From Mycobacteriales bacterium (lineage in GTDB: Bacteria > Actinomycetota > Actinomycetes > Mycobacteriales > SCTD01): a stretch of DNA of 64,000 nt. Of the stretch, positions 30,425 to 42,111 are shown one piece after another (the stretch's first letter is position 1; the number at the start of each line of letters is the position of its first letter). The translations under genes and the position numbers were made by a program. Location of the stretch: contig JAUYQP010000037.1 in assembly GCA_030697205.1 (NCBI GenBank), positions 5,228 to 69,227 on the forward strand. Direction: 5' to 3'. Under the pieces are notes generated by a model, which ran no database searches, was not told the origin of the DNA, and worked only from the letters and a program-made list of their open reading frames with translations.

Positions 30425-32053
30425 ATGCGACCGCAACGCAACACCCGGGCACTGACCCTGCTCGCCGTCGGGCTCGCGCTCGGCGGTGGCGCCACGATGG
30501 CCGTCGGGGCGCAGGCCGCGCCCTCGCGGGCCGCCGTCGTCGAGCCGTCGCTCGACCCCGTCCCGCGTCCCGACTGCGGCCCCGGCTCGGTCCCCGAGAC
30601 CGGCCTGCAGGGGCAGGTTCCGGCCGCGGACGTCGCGGCCGGCAAGGTGGCCGACGGCTTCCGCTGCAACGTCGAGGTGATCGGCCGCTCCGGCGTCTCC
30701 GGCGGGTACAAGGTCGAGAGGTACGTCGACACCGCCGGCCGCGAGTGCGCCTTCTACGACACGACGACGCTGTTCCCCAGCAACGTCGCGGGCCTGCCGG
30801 ACAACGCCACCGGAGTGGCGGTGCTCGACATGAGCGACCCGGCCAACCCGGTCCGCACCGCATCGCTCTCCACGCCCGCCATGCAGACCCCCCACGAGTC
30901 CCTGGTGGTCAGCCAGGCCTCCGGTCTCGTCGTCGCCGTCCTCGGCAACGCACTCGTCGGGCCCGGCCAGGTCGACGTCTACGACGCCAGCGCCGACTGC
31001 CGCGCCCCGGTCTTCCGGTCGTCACTCCCCCTCGGGGTCCTCGGCCACGAGAGCGGCTTCTCCCCCGACGGCCGCACCTTCTGGGCCGCGTCGCTCGGCG
31101 CTAACACCTTGGTCGCGATCGACCTCGACGACCCTGCTGCGCCGACCATCGCCTACGCCGGAGCATGGGCCACGCACGGCGTGCAGATCAGCGCCGACGG
31201 CAACCGCGCCTACCTCGCGGCGGGCGCCGGCTTCCCGCGCAACGAGCTCGGCCTCAACGCCACCGTGCAGGGCCTGCAGATCCTCGACATCAGCCAGGTC
31301 CAGGCCCGGGTGACCAACCCGGTCGTGACCGAGGTCGGCAGCGTCACCTGGCCCTCGATCACCATCCCGCAGACGGCCATCCCGGTGACCATCGGTGGCA
31401 AGCCCTACGTCGTCGAGGTGGACGAGTTCTCCAACGACTCCGGCGGACGGCTCGCCTTCAACGGCGAGCGCGTCGGGGCCGCGCGGATCATCGACATCAG
31501 CGACGAGACCGCCCCGGTGGTCGTCTCCAACATCCGGCTCGCCGTCAACAACCCGGAGAACCGCGCGTCGCTCGCCGACGACCCCGGGGCGACCAGCCCG
31601 GTCGGCGGCTACGCCGGCCACTACTGCAACGTGCCGACCCGCGTCGAGCCCGGGATCATGGCCTGCTCGTTCCTCGCCTCCGGCCTGCGCGTCTTCGACA
31701 TCCGCGACCCGCTCGCGCCCCGAGAGGCCGCCTACTTCGTGCGCCCCGTCCCCCCGGGTGGCGCTGCCAACGACGCCTTCGCGAGCCCGACCTTCGCCCC
31801 CGAGCGCGACGAGGTCTGGTACGCCGACGGCAGCTCCGGCTTCTGGGCTTTGCGGCTGACCAACGGCGCCTTCACCCGCGGTGCTGCCCCGGCCGCTCCC
31901 CCGGCAGCGCCGCCCGCTGCCCCTCCGGTCGTCACCCCGCCGGCCGCACCGTCGCCGCAGCTCCCGGCCACCGGCCTGGCGCTGCCGCTGGGCGCGGCCG
32001 CGCTGCTCGTCGGGACGGCCCTGCTGCTGCGTCGGCCGCGTCCGACGACCTGA
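30425..32053 (+). CDS. cell-wall-anchored beta-propeller protein (LVIVD-repeat-like) with LPXTG sorting signal
   Basis: Signal peptide, repeated propeller-like blades, a Pro/Ala linker, then LPATG, a hydrophobic helix and RRPR. Confidence 0.78.
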   Translation: MRPQRNTRALTLLAVGLALGGGATMAVGAQAAPSRAAVVEPSLDPVPRPDCGPGSVPETGLQGQVPAADVAAGKVADGFRCNVEVIGRSGVSGGYKVERYVDTAGRECAFYDTTTLFPSNVAGLPDNATGVAVLDMSDPANPVRTASLSTPAMQTPHESLVVSQASGLVVAVLGNALVGPGQVDVYDASADCRAPVFRSSLPLGVLGHESGFSPDGRTFWAASLGANTLVAIDLDDPAAPTIAYAGAWATHGVQISADGNRAYLAAGAGFPRNELGLNATVQGLQILDISQVQARVTNPVVTEVGSVTWPSITIPQTAIPVTIGGKPYVVEVDEFSNDSGGRLAFNGERVGAARIIDISDETAPVVVSNIRLAVNNPENRASLADDPGATSPVGGYAGHYCNVPTRVEPGIMACSFLASGLRVFDIRDPLAPREAAYFVRPVPPGGAANDAFASPTFAPERDEVWYADGSSGFWALRLTNGAFTRGAAPAAPPAAPPAAPPVVTPPAAPSPQLPATGLALPLGAAALLVGTALLLRRPRPTT

Positions 32054-32057
32054 CCGG

Positions 32058-32495
32058 TCATCGCTCCAGGAGCAGCAGCAGCTGCGCCCCCGCCTGCACG
32101 ACCTCGCGGTTGACGTGCAGGACGAGCGCCCAGAGCGGGTAGCGCTCGTCCATCGTCCCCGGCGGTCCCTGGTGGGCGCGCCTGAGCCGCACGTCGTCCG
32201 CCGACAGCACGCCGGAGTCCCAGTCGGCCCAGGCCTCGTCGAGCAGCAGCAACGCGTCGACGGCCGAGGCGGGCAGGGCGGGCAGCCGGTCGTCGGTGAG
32301 CGAGCGGTCGCCGAAGTGGAAGCTGGCCCGCTGCGCCAGCAGCGACGCGACCGACACCAGCCGCTCGCCGACGCGCGCATCGGTGAGGTCGGTGTCGGTG
32401 AGGCCCCCGAGGCCGGGTCGCAGCACCTGCTCCCACCACCAGCTGAGCTGCTCGTGCAGCTCGGCTGCGGTCGGTGACGGTGACGGTGACGTCAT
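32058..32495 (-). CDS. hypothetical protein (weak DinB-like four-helix features)
   Basis: 145-aa ORF with coding-like composition. The family assignment is uncertain. Confidence 0.5.
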   Translation of the reverse strand: MTSPSPSPTAAELHEQLSWWWEQVLRPGLGGLTDTDLTDARVGERLVSVASLLAQRASFHFGDRSLTDDRLPALPASAVDALLLLDEAWADWDSGVLSADDVRLRRAHQGPPGTMDERYPLWALVLHVNREVVQAGAQLLLLLER

Positions 32496-32550
32496 GGCAC
32501 CACTGTCCCCTGAGGTGGATCATGTGGCGCTGACGGGGTAGGAGGTCGTC

Positions 32551-33012
32551 ATGCGCATCGTGGTGGGTTACGAGAGCCAGGACCGATCGGGGCACGCGCT
32601 CGCCGCGGCCCACGACCTCGCCACCCGGCTGGGCGCGGGCCTGGTCGTGGTGCACGTGCGCGACGCCGTCGTGAGCGCCGTGCCGAGCAGCGCCGTGGGG
32701 CTTCCCCTGGAGCCGAGCGGTGCGGTGCTGTCGACGCCGCTCACCCCGGAGCACCTCGCCGAGGTGCGCCGCGACGTCGAGGCCGAGGTGTCGGCGGCGG
32801 GAGCCACCGGGTCGGAGGTCCGCGTCGAGCAGGGCTGGCCCCCGGACGCCCTGCAGGCGGTGGCCGACGAGGTCGACGCCTACCTCCTCGTCGTCGGCGG
32901 CCAGGCTCACGGCTTCGCGGCGTTCCTCGAGCACCTCGTCACCGGCTCGGTGGCGCACGAGCTCGAGCGCCGCGCCCGCCGGCCGCTGCTCGTCGTACCA
33001 GCTCCGTCCTGA
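32551..33012 (+). CDS. universal stress protein
   Basis: RIVVGY...VVVHV...LLVVG..GSVAHELERRARRPLLVV are the USP ATP-binding-type blocks. The RBS is GGTAGGAGG. Confidence 0.9.
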   Translation: MRIVVGYESQDRSGHALAAAHDLATRLGAGLVVVHVRDAVVSAVPSSAVGLPLEPSGAVLSTPLTPEHLAEVRRDVEAEVSAAGATGSEVRVEQGWPPDALQAVADEVDAYLLVVGGQAHGFAAFLEHLVTGSVAHELERRARRPLLVVPAPS

Positions 33013-33037
33013 GCCCGGCCGCTGGCATGCTGCCGCG

Positions 33038-34474
33038 GTGGATCCCGACACCGGCGCCGGCCTGCTCCATCGCCTGACGTCCTACACCCCCGACCGGCCG
33101 TGGGACGTGCGACCGGACGACCCGCGACTGCGCCACGAGCTCCTGCAGAACGACCCGTCGCTGCGCCCACCCCAGACCAAGGCGTACGCCGAGGGGCTCC
33201 CCGTGACGCCGCTCCCCCGCGACCTGCCCGACCCGGGTGTCGCCGCCACCGCCGTGCTCGCCGGCGCGCCCTCACCCGCCCGGGTCCTCGATGCCGCGCA
33301 GCTGGGGCGAGTGCTCTTCCTCGGCGCCGGAGTGGTGCGGACGGTGCAGCACGAGAGCGGACCGTTCCTCTTCCGCGCGTCGGGGTCGGCCGGCGCGCGC
33401 TTCCCACTGGAGGTCTACGCGAGCACGCGCGGGGTCGAGGGCGTGCCGGACGGCGTGCACTGGTACGACGCCCGCGAGCACGCCCTCCTGCAGATCGGGC
33501 CGGCGGCGGGCGGAGAGGTCACGACGCTGGTCGTGGCGGGTGTGCCGTGGCGCAGCGGGTGGCGCTACGCGGAACGGGCCTTCCGGCACGTCTACTGGGA
33601 CGCCGGGACCCTGCTCTCGCAGCTGGTCGCGGCCGCCGACAGCGCCGGCCTGCAGCCGCGACTGCGCACCCGCTTCCCGGACGCCGACGTCACTGCGCTG
33701 GTCGGTGCCGACGGCGTGCACGAGTTCCCGGTCACCCTGCTGTCACTGGGCGACGGCCTGCCCACGACCCTGGCCGGGGGCGCCGCGGTCACCGGCGACC
33801 TGCCGCAGGTGGAGCTGCCCCTCGCGACCACCGCGCAGCGGGCCGGCGACCGCGCCGAGCTCGGCGCGCCCTGGCCCGTGGGTCCGGTGCTCAAGGACGT
33901 CACGGCCTCGGACCCGCTCGACGTGGTGGTCCTGCGACGCGGGTCGCAGCGCCGGATGGACCGGTCGGCGACCCTGCCGCGCGCCCAGCTCGAGCAGGCC
34001 ATGGCTGCGGCGATGCGCGGGATCGAGGTGCCGCACTGGGTGGTCGCGCACGGCGTCGACGGCCTTGAGCCCGGCGTCTACCGGTGGCCCGACCTCGCGA
34101 CGCCGCTCGCGTCCGGCGACCTGCGGGCCGAGCTGGAGCGGATCTGCCTCGGGCAGTCCCTGGCTGCCGAGGCGGCGTACGTCGTCATCGGCGCGACCGA
34201 CGGCTCCGCGCTCGACGACCGCGGCTACCGCGACGCCCAGCTCGCCGCCGGACTCGTCGAGGGCCGGCTGCACCTGTCCGCCTACGCGTCCGGGGCGAGC
34301 GCCACCGGCATGACCTTCCTGGACTCCGACGTGCCCGCCCTGCTCGGCCAGCCCGACGACCTCGTCACGCTGCTGTTCACCTGCGTGGGAGTGCCGGAGT
34401 ACACCTCACGACCTGGTGGCGCTCCCGGCGCTCCCGCCGAGGTGCGGCTGGTGGCCTCGCGCGTCACGGACTGA
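33038..34474 (+). CDS. SagB/ThcOx-type double nitroreductase-fold protein
   Basis: RASGSAGARFPLEVY and a second nitroreductase-like half. GTG 33038 lies 26 nt after the USP stop. Confidence 0.82.
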   Translation: MDPDTGAGLLHRLTSYTPDRPWDVRPDDPRLRHELLQNDPSLRPPQTKAYAEGLPVTPLPRDLPDPGVAATAVLAGAPSPARVLDAAQLGRVLFLGAGVVRTVQHESGPFLFRASGSAGARFPLEVYASTRGVEGVPDGVHWYDAREHALLQIGPAAGGEVTTLVVAGVPWRSGWRYAERAFRHVYWDAGTLLSQLVAAADSAGLQPRLRTRFPDADVTALVGADGVHEFPVTLLSLGDGLPTTLAGGAAVTGDLPQVELPLATTAQRAGDRAELGAPWPVGPVLKDVTASDPLDVVVLRRGSQRRMDRSATLPRAQLEQAMAAAMRGIEVPHWVVAHGVDGLEPGVYRWPDLATPLASGDLRAELERICLGQSLAAEAAYVVIGATDGSALDDRGYRDAQLAAGLVEGRLHLSAYASGASATGMTFLDSDVPALLGQPDDLVTLLFTCVGVPEYTSRPGGAPGAPAEVRLVASRVTD

Positions 34475-34516
34475 GCGCGTCGATCTCCGGCGGTTCGCCT
34501 GCAGTCCAGTCTCTCC

Positions 34517-34957
34517 GTGGCCGATAGTCACTGCGTGAACCCGTTCGACCTGCCCGTGCACCCCGCGGTCGTCCACGCCCCCCTCGCGATGCTGGTCGCG
34601 GCGTGGGTGTGCGTCCTTCTCCAGCAGCGCACCGGAGCGACCGTGTGGGGCGAGCGCGTCCGGCTCTTCGAGCTCATCGGGGTGGTCGCCCTCGTGCCGA
34701 CGATCGTCGCCGGCTTCATCGACCTGCGGGGCTTCTCGGTCTTCACCGACCCCCGTTGGGACCAGCCCCTGATCTGGCACAGCCTCGCCGCGCTGCTCGG
34801 CGCGACGCTGTTCACGGCGCACTGGGTCTTCCGTCGCGCGTCCACGGACACCTCGCACGGCGGCGCGGCGGCGCTGGACGTGGGGCTGGCCACTGCCGGT
34901 GCGTGGGCCCTGCTCGCCGCCGGCGCGATCGCAGGAGAGATGGTCTACGCCGTATGA
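34517..34957 (+). CDS. DUF2231 domain membrane protein
   Basis: HPAVVHAPLAML plus four predicted TM helices. An alternative start is GTG 34535. Confidence 0.78.
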   Translation: MADSHCVNPFDLPVHPAVVHAPLAMLVAAWVCVLLQQRTGATVWGERVRLFELIGVVALVPTIVAGFIDLRGFSVFTDPRWDQPLIWHSLAALLGATLFTAHWVFRRASTDTSHGGAAALDVGLATAGAWALLAAGAIAGEMVYAV

Positions 34958-35895
34958 AGCGCTGGTTCGCTCTACCACTGCTCGCTGGGACAGCCCTCGT
35001 GGTGGCCCTGCCGGCGCACGCCGCCGTGACGAAGGTCTACGTCGGCAGCTTCTACTTCAGCACCACGTCCGGCGGGCCCTCCAACACCGCGATCGCGGTC
35101 GACAACGGAGACCAGCTCACCTTCATCGGCCAGGACAACGGGCACACGGTGGAGGTGCCGGGGCTCGGCATCTCGGAGTCGCTCGCCAAGGGCGAGACCT
35201 TCACGACCGGAGCCCTCATGAAGGCCGGCTCCTACTCGCTCTACTGCTCACCCCATGAGCAGCGAGGCCACAAGACGACACTCACCGTGCGTGCGGCGAC
35301 CGCGCCGGAGCCCGAGCCCACCCAGACGTCCGGATCGACGAGCGGGACCACGTCCGGGGGATCGACGTCAGGGTCCACCTCCGGCGGCTCCACGTCAGGC
35401 TCCACGTCCGGCGGCTCCACGACCGGGGGCTCCACGACGGGCGGGTCCACCACGTCAGGGTCCACGACCGGCGGGTCCACCACGTCAGGGTCGACTACGG
35501 GCGGGTCGACCACGGGCGGGTCCACGACCGGCGGCACCACGACAGGGTCCACGACCGGCGGCACGAGCACGAGCGGAACGACGGGCCCCGCTGCTGGGGT
35601 GACCGCATCCAGCCCCACCTCCCCCGTGACGTCCCCCACCGCGACACCGGACGGTGGGTCCACCGGAGACGGCAGCGCCGTGGCCGCCGGACGTGGCACC
35701 GCGGACGCCGGGGACGTCGACCTCCCTGCCGCCGAGGGTTCGCTCGAGGACCTGCTCGGTCGACCGGCAGCGCAGGACGGCTCGTGGACACGGTCGGTGC
35801 GCCTTGCACTGCTGGTGCTCCTGCCGATGCTCGCCCTCGCAGCCTGGTCCCTGGCCGGCGGTCGTCGTCGCAGAGCGACGTCAGCTCCGCAGTAG
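34954..35895 (+). CDS. cupredoxin-like copper protein with Gly/Ser/Thr linker and C-terminal membrane anchor
   Basis: Signal peptide, then GHTV...YCSPHEQRGH (His, Cys-x2-His-x4-His), an 88-aa G/S/T tract, and a C-terminal TM helix followed by RRRR. ATGA overlap with the DUF2231 gene. Confidence 0.8.
   Translation: MKRWFALPLLAGTALVVALPAHAAVTKVYVGSFYFSTTSGGPSNTAIAVDNGDQLTFIGQDNGHTVEVPGLGISESLAKGETFTTGALMKAGSYSLYCSPHEQRGHKTTLTVRAATAPEPEPTQTSGSTSGTTSGGSTSGSTSGGSTSGSTSGGSTTGGSTTGGSTTSGSTTGGSTTSGSTTGGSTTGGSTTGGTTTGSTTGGTSTSGTTGPAAGVTASSPTSPVTSPTATPDGGSTGDGSAVAAGRGTADAGDVDLPAAEGSLEDLLGRPAAQDGSWTRSVRLALLVLLPMLALAAWSLAGGRRRRATSAPQ
35323..35586 (+). repeat. in-frame degenerate nucleotide repeats encoding (GGST[ST])n
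   Basis: Repeated ggctccacg / gggtccacc units inside the cupredoxin CDS. Confidence 0.8.
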
Positions 35896-35930
35896 CCGCC
35901 CCCTACCGATGCCGTCCGTGCGACCCACGG

Positions 35931-38616
<2,686 letters not shown>

Positions 38617-38650
38617 GGAGCTCCTCGGGTCGTGGTGTGTGCCCATTGTG

Positions 38651-38689
38651 ATACCCCCGGGGGTACTTGTCAAATACCCCCTGGGGTAC
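38651..38689. promoter_or_regulatory. two CsoR-family operator boxes (ATACCCCCGGGGGTAC; ATACCCCCTGGGGTAC) inside back-to-back promoters
   Basis: Box A contains a perfect 14-bp palindrome, TACCCCCGGGGGTA. The overlapping -35 hexamers are TTGTCA(+) / TTGACA(-) at 38667-38673. The -10 elements are TAACCT (+, 38690-38695) and CACAAT (-, 38645-38650). Confidence 0.65.
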
Positions 38690-38702
38690 TAACCTCGCTG
38701 TC

Positions 38703-39101
38703 ATGGACATCGCCATCACCACCCGAACCTCCCTCGCCTTCGACGAGGCCGTCGAGCAGGTCCGTGAGGCTCTCGCCGAGCAGGGCTTCGGGGTAATCAC
38801 CGAGATCGACGTGCAGGCCACCATGAAGGCCAAGCTCGACGTCGACGTCGCGCCGTACCTCATCCTCGGTGCGTGCAACCCGCCCCTGGCGCACAGGGCT
38901 CTCGGCCTCGAGCCCGAGATCGGGCTGCTGCTCCCCTGCAACGTGACCGTGCGCGTCGACGGCGACACCACCGTCGTGCAGGCCATGGACCCGCAGCTGA
39001 TGGTCACCGTCGTGGACCGTCCGGGCCTGCAGGAGGTCGCCGACGAGGCCGGCGCCCGGCTGCGCCTGGCGCGCGACCGGCTCCCTCGGAGCGAGGCGTG
39101 A
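38703..39101 (+). CDS. DUF302 domain-containing protein
   Basis: FDEAVEQVREALAEQGFGVITEIDVQATMKAKL...YLILGACNP is the DUF302 signature. ATG 38703 lies 8 nt after the predicted -10 and has no SD sequence. Confidence 0.85.
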   Translation: MDIAITTRTSLAFDEAVEQVREALAEQGFGVITEIDVQATMKAKLDVDVAPYLILGACNPPLAHRALGLEPEIGLLLPCNVTVRVDGDTTVVQAMDPQLMVTVVDRPGLQEVADEAGARLRLARDRLPRSEA

Positions 39102-39493
39102 TCACGGCCAGCGTCCACCACGTCCGCGGCGACCGCTTCGCGATCGAGACCCGCGGCCACACCTTCTACATCGACCAGCCCGTCGATGCAGGGGGCGAGG
39201 ACACCGCACCGACACCGGTCGAGCTGCTCGTCGCGAGCCTGTCGTCCTGCGTGGCGCACTACGCCCACAGCTACCTGCGCCGCCACGGCCTGTCCGAGGA
39301 GGGCCTGGCCGTCCACGCGACGGCGGAGATGGCCGACCGTCCCGCCCGCGTTGGGTCGATCACCGTCGAGCTCACTCTCCCTCCGGGAGTCCCCGAGGAG
39401 CGTCGCGCCGCGCTGCTGGCCGTCGCGTCCCACTGCACCGTCCACAACACACTGCAGGCACCACCCGACGTGACGGTGCGCCTCGCACCCTGA
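39098..39493 (+). CDS. OsmC/Ohr family protein
   Basis: Both conserved Cys contexts are present (LSSCVAHY, ASHCTVHNTL). GTGA overlap with the DUF302 gene. Confidence 0.87.
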   Translation: MITASVHHVRGDRFAIETRGHTFYIDQPVDAGGEDTAPTPVELLVASLSSCVAHYAHSYLRRHGLSEEGLAVHATAEMADRPARVGSITVELTLPPGVPEERRAALLAVASHCTVHNTLQAPPDVTVRLAP

Positions 39494-39550
39494 GCCCCGA
39501 TGTCGTCTGCCTGACAGCGACGACGAGCCCACGCGTGCCACGGTCGCCAG

Positions 39551-41191
39551 GTGCGAGCTCTCAGAGGGATGTCCGTCGTCGCCGTACTACTGCTCGTGGG
39601 GGTGACGACCAGCGCGTCGGCCGCGCCTCGGTTGCGCCCTGAAGGGCCGCGGCCCTGCACCGACAGGGAGCACCCGGGTGGGAGCTGGACCGGGCTCAAC
39701 GCCGACCTCGGCAACTCGCGCACCCAGCCCGCGGAGACGACCATCGGCCCGGCCGAGGCCGGCGCCCTGCGCCCCGCCTGGTCCTTCGCGGCCGCCTCTG
39801 TGGGCGCCACCGGGGGCATGCGGTCGACGCCGGTCGTGGCCGGCGGGTGCGTCTACCTGACGTTCGGCCAGGGCTACCTCGGTGACCAGGGCGACGTCGT
39901 CGCCCTCGACGCCGACACGGGCGAGCTCGTCTGGCACCGCACACTCGACGGCTCGGTGCTCGGCCTCGCCGTCTCCGACGGCCTGGTCTTCGTGACTCCG
40001 AGCAAGGGCACCCGCGGCGAGGTCGCCCTGCCGGTGGTCACCGACACCTACCAGCCGGCCGGGAGCTTCGCAGTCGCGCTCGACGCCTCGACAGGTGCGG
40101 ATCGCTGGACCAGCGCGCGCCTCGATAACGGCGTCGCCGGCAACGGCACCTTCATCAACGCCAGCCCTGTCGTCTTCCGCGCCGGTGGCAAGCGGCTCGT
40201 CTTCGTGCCTCTCGCGGGCGGCTCCGGCGACGGTGCCCGCGTCCCGATGTACTTCCTCGACGCCAAGGACGGCACGACCGTGAAGCGCTCGCTGTCGCTC
40301 ACCGAGCAGGAGTACGCCGAGGGCTTCGGTGGGACGGGCATCTGGTCGACGGCGGCGTTCGACCCCCAGACCAACCACCTCTACGCGGGCACCGCCGACT
40401 CCGACGGCCGCTCTCGCCAGCACCCCTACAACAACGCGCTGCTGAGGATCGACGCCGACCCGCGCCGCTCCACCTTCGGCACGGTCGTCGGGGCCTACTC
40501 CGGGATCTCCGAGCACGCCGACCTCGACGACGTCATCGGCTACCCCAACAACCCCGCCTGCGGGGCGCTCGGCGACACGACGGGCACCGACCTGCCGACC
40601 TTCTTCGACACCTCCGCGGCGGCCGAGTGCGGCGAGCTCGACCTCGACTTCGGGGCGTCGCCCAACCTCTACCGTGCCTCCGACGGAAAGACTGTCGTCG
40701 CGGCGATGCAGAAGGCCGGCGTCTTCCACGCGGTCAGCACCGAGACGATGGCGGCGCGGTGGCGCATCTTCGCCGGCCCCGGCGGGCCCGCGATGCACTC
40801 GGCGACTGCCGCCGTCGACGAGACGGGCATCCACGTCGGCGCGTCCCCTGACCTCGTCCTCGACCTCGGCCGCGACACCGGCGACCTCGACTGGGCTTCC
40901 AGCACGGGGCTCGACGCCTTCGCCTACCAGCCGATCAGCGCCGCGCACGGCGTGCTCTACGCGCTGAACGACAGCGGCTCGCTGCTCGGCCTCGATGCGG
41001 AGAACGGTCTGCCTGTCCTGCAGCGCGATGTGGCCTCCGACGGTGGCTTCGGCAACTGCCTAGGCGTCGGCGCCGGCGTGGCCGTCGCCCACCACACGGT
41101 CTTCGCGCCCTGTGACGCCGGCGGCACCGTCGACCTCGCGGGGGTCCCCAGCAACCCGGGCGGCCTCGTCGCCTATCGGGTCGCGTCGTAG
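39551..41191 (+). CDS. secreted PQQ-like (BamB-type) beta-propeller repeat protein
   Basis: Signal peptide and repeated blades of the form V.ALDA.TGE..W. An alternative start is ATG 39569. Confidence 0.78.
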   Translation: MRALRGMSVVAVLLLVGVTTSASAAPRLRPEGPRPCTDREHPGGSWTGLNADLGNSRTQPAETTIGPAEAGALRPAWSFAAASVGATGGMRSTPVVAGGCVYLTFGQGYLGDQGDVVALDADTGELVWHRTLDGSVLGLAVSDGLVFVTPSKGTRGEVALPVVTDTYQPAGSFAVALDASTGADRWTSARLDNGVAGNGTFINASPVVFRAGGKRLVFVPLAGGSGDGARVPMYFLDAKDGTTVKRSLSLTEQEYAEGFGGTGIWSTAAFDPQTNHLYAGTADSDGRSRQHPYNNALLRIDADPRRSTFGTVVGAYSGISEHADLDDVIGYPNNPACGALGDTTGTDLPTFFDTSAAAECGELDLDFGASPNLYRASDGKTVVAAMQKAGVFHAVSTETMAARWRIFAGPGGPAMHSATAAVDETGIHVGASPDLVLDLGRDTGDLDWASSTGLDAFAYQPISAAHGVLYALNDSGSLLGLDAENGLPVLQRDVASDGGFGNCLGVGAGVAVAHHTVFAPCDAGGTVDLAGVPSNPGGLVAYRVAS

Positions 41192-41218
41192 AAAGCAGCG
41201 CGGCGGCGAACGACAGGG

Positions 41219-42004
41219 TCAGGCGTCGTCCGGCGTGAGGCCTGAGTCGACGACGTCCTGGGCGACCGTGCGGAGCTTGCGGTTGAGGTGCTGCGAGGAG
41301 CGCCGGAGCAGCTGGAAGGCCTGCTCCGCGGTGATCCGCTCCCGCTCCATCAGGATGCCCTGCGCCTGGCCGATCACCTCGCGGGACGACAGCGCCGCCT
41401 CGAGGTTCTCGATCCGCAGCTCGTCCTGCGCCTGCGCCTGCGCTAGCGCCAGCGCCAGGCCCGCAAGCGTGGCGAAGACCAGACCCTGCGCGCGTTCGTG
41501 GGCATTGAAGGCTCCGGGGAGGTATGCGAAGAGCTGGAGCGCTCCGACCGTCTCACCCTCAACGGACAGCCGGAACGCCAGCACGCTGCGCAGCCCGAGC
41601 TGAGCTGCCTCCGGCGAGAACAGCGACCACCGCTGGTCGTCGAACAGGTCGGGCACGTAGACCGTGTCGAGCCCGCCGAGCGTGTCGACGCACGGACCCT
41701 GGCCGGTCCGGCTCTGCAGCCCGTCGAGCGTGGCGATCAGGGGCGTGGGGACGCAGGGCGGGAATACCCCGCTGTCGCCGCACAGGCCGGCCTCGTCGCA
41801 GCTCTCGATGGCGCTGACGGCGACGGTCAGGACGCGCTGCGCGGTGGTGGCCGCACCGCGCGGACTCAGCAGGACCGAGGCGATGTCCACCAGGTTGCGC
41901 TCCAGCTCCGTGCGTCGCGACGGCGCGACGTCGGGCAGTTCACCCACGTCTGCGCCTGGCCTGTCGTGATCATTCACGGGACTGCTTTCGACGGAGAAGG
42001 CCAT
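41219..42004 (-). CDS. GAF and ANTAR domain-containing protein
   Basis: C-terminal ANTAR block (LSSREVIGQAQGILMERERITAEQAFQLLRRSSQHLNRKLRTVAQ) preceded by a GAF domain. The start is uncertain (ATG 42004 or GTG 42055). Confidence 0.85.
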   Translation of the reverse strand: MAFSVESSPVNDHDRPGADVGELPDVAPSRRTELERNLVDIASVLLSPRGAATTAQRVLTVAVSAIESCDEAGLCGDSGVFPPCVPTPLIATLDGLQSRTGQGPCVDTLGGLDTVYVPDLFDDQRWSLFSPEAAQLGLRSVLAFRLSVEGETVGALQLFAYLPGAFNAHERAQGLVFATLAGLALALAQAQAQDELRIENLEAALSSREVIGQAQGILMERERITAEQAFQLLRRSSQHLNRKLRTVAQDVVDSGLTPDDA

Positions 42005-42111
42005 GCGCGTAGAGTCGGCATCGTCTTCGACTCGTGAGGATACGACCCGCTCCACACGTCAGGCCCCTGCATGACCCGCCTCACGCCACACCCGCCCGCG
42101 AGCGCATTGCC

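Noticed and set aside
38667-38702. Longer starts for the DUF302 gene (38667) and the MMPL gene (TTG 38673)
   Set aside because: Both would begin inside the operator / -35 region. Downstream ATGs fit the predicted promoters and, for MMPL, a GAGGAG RBS.
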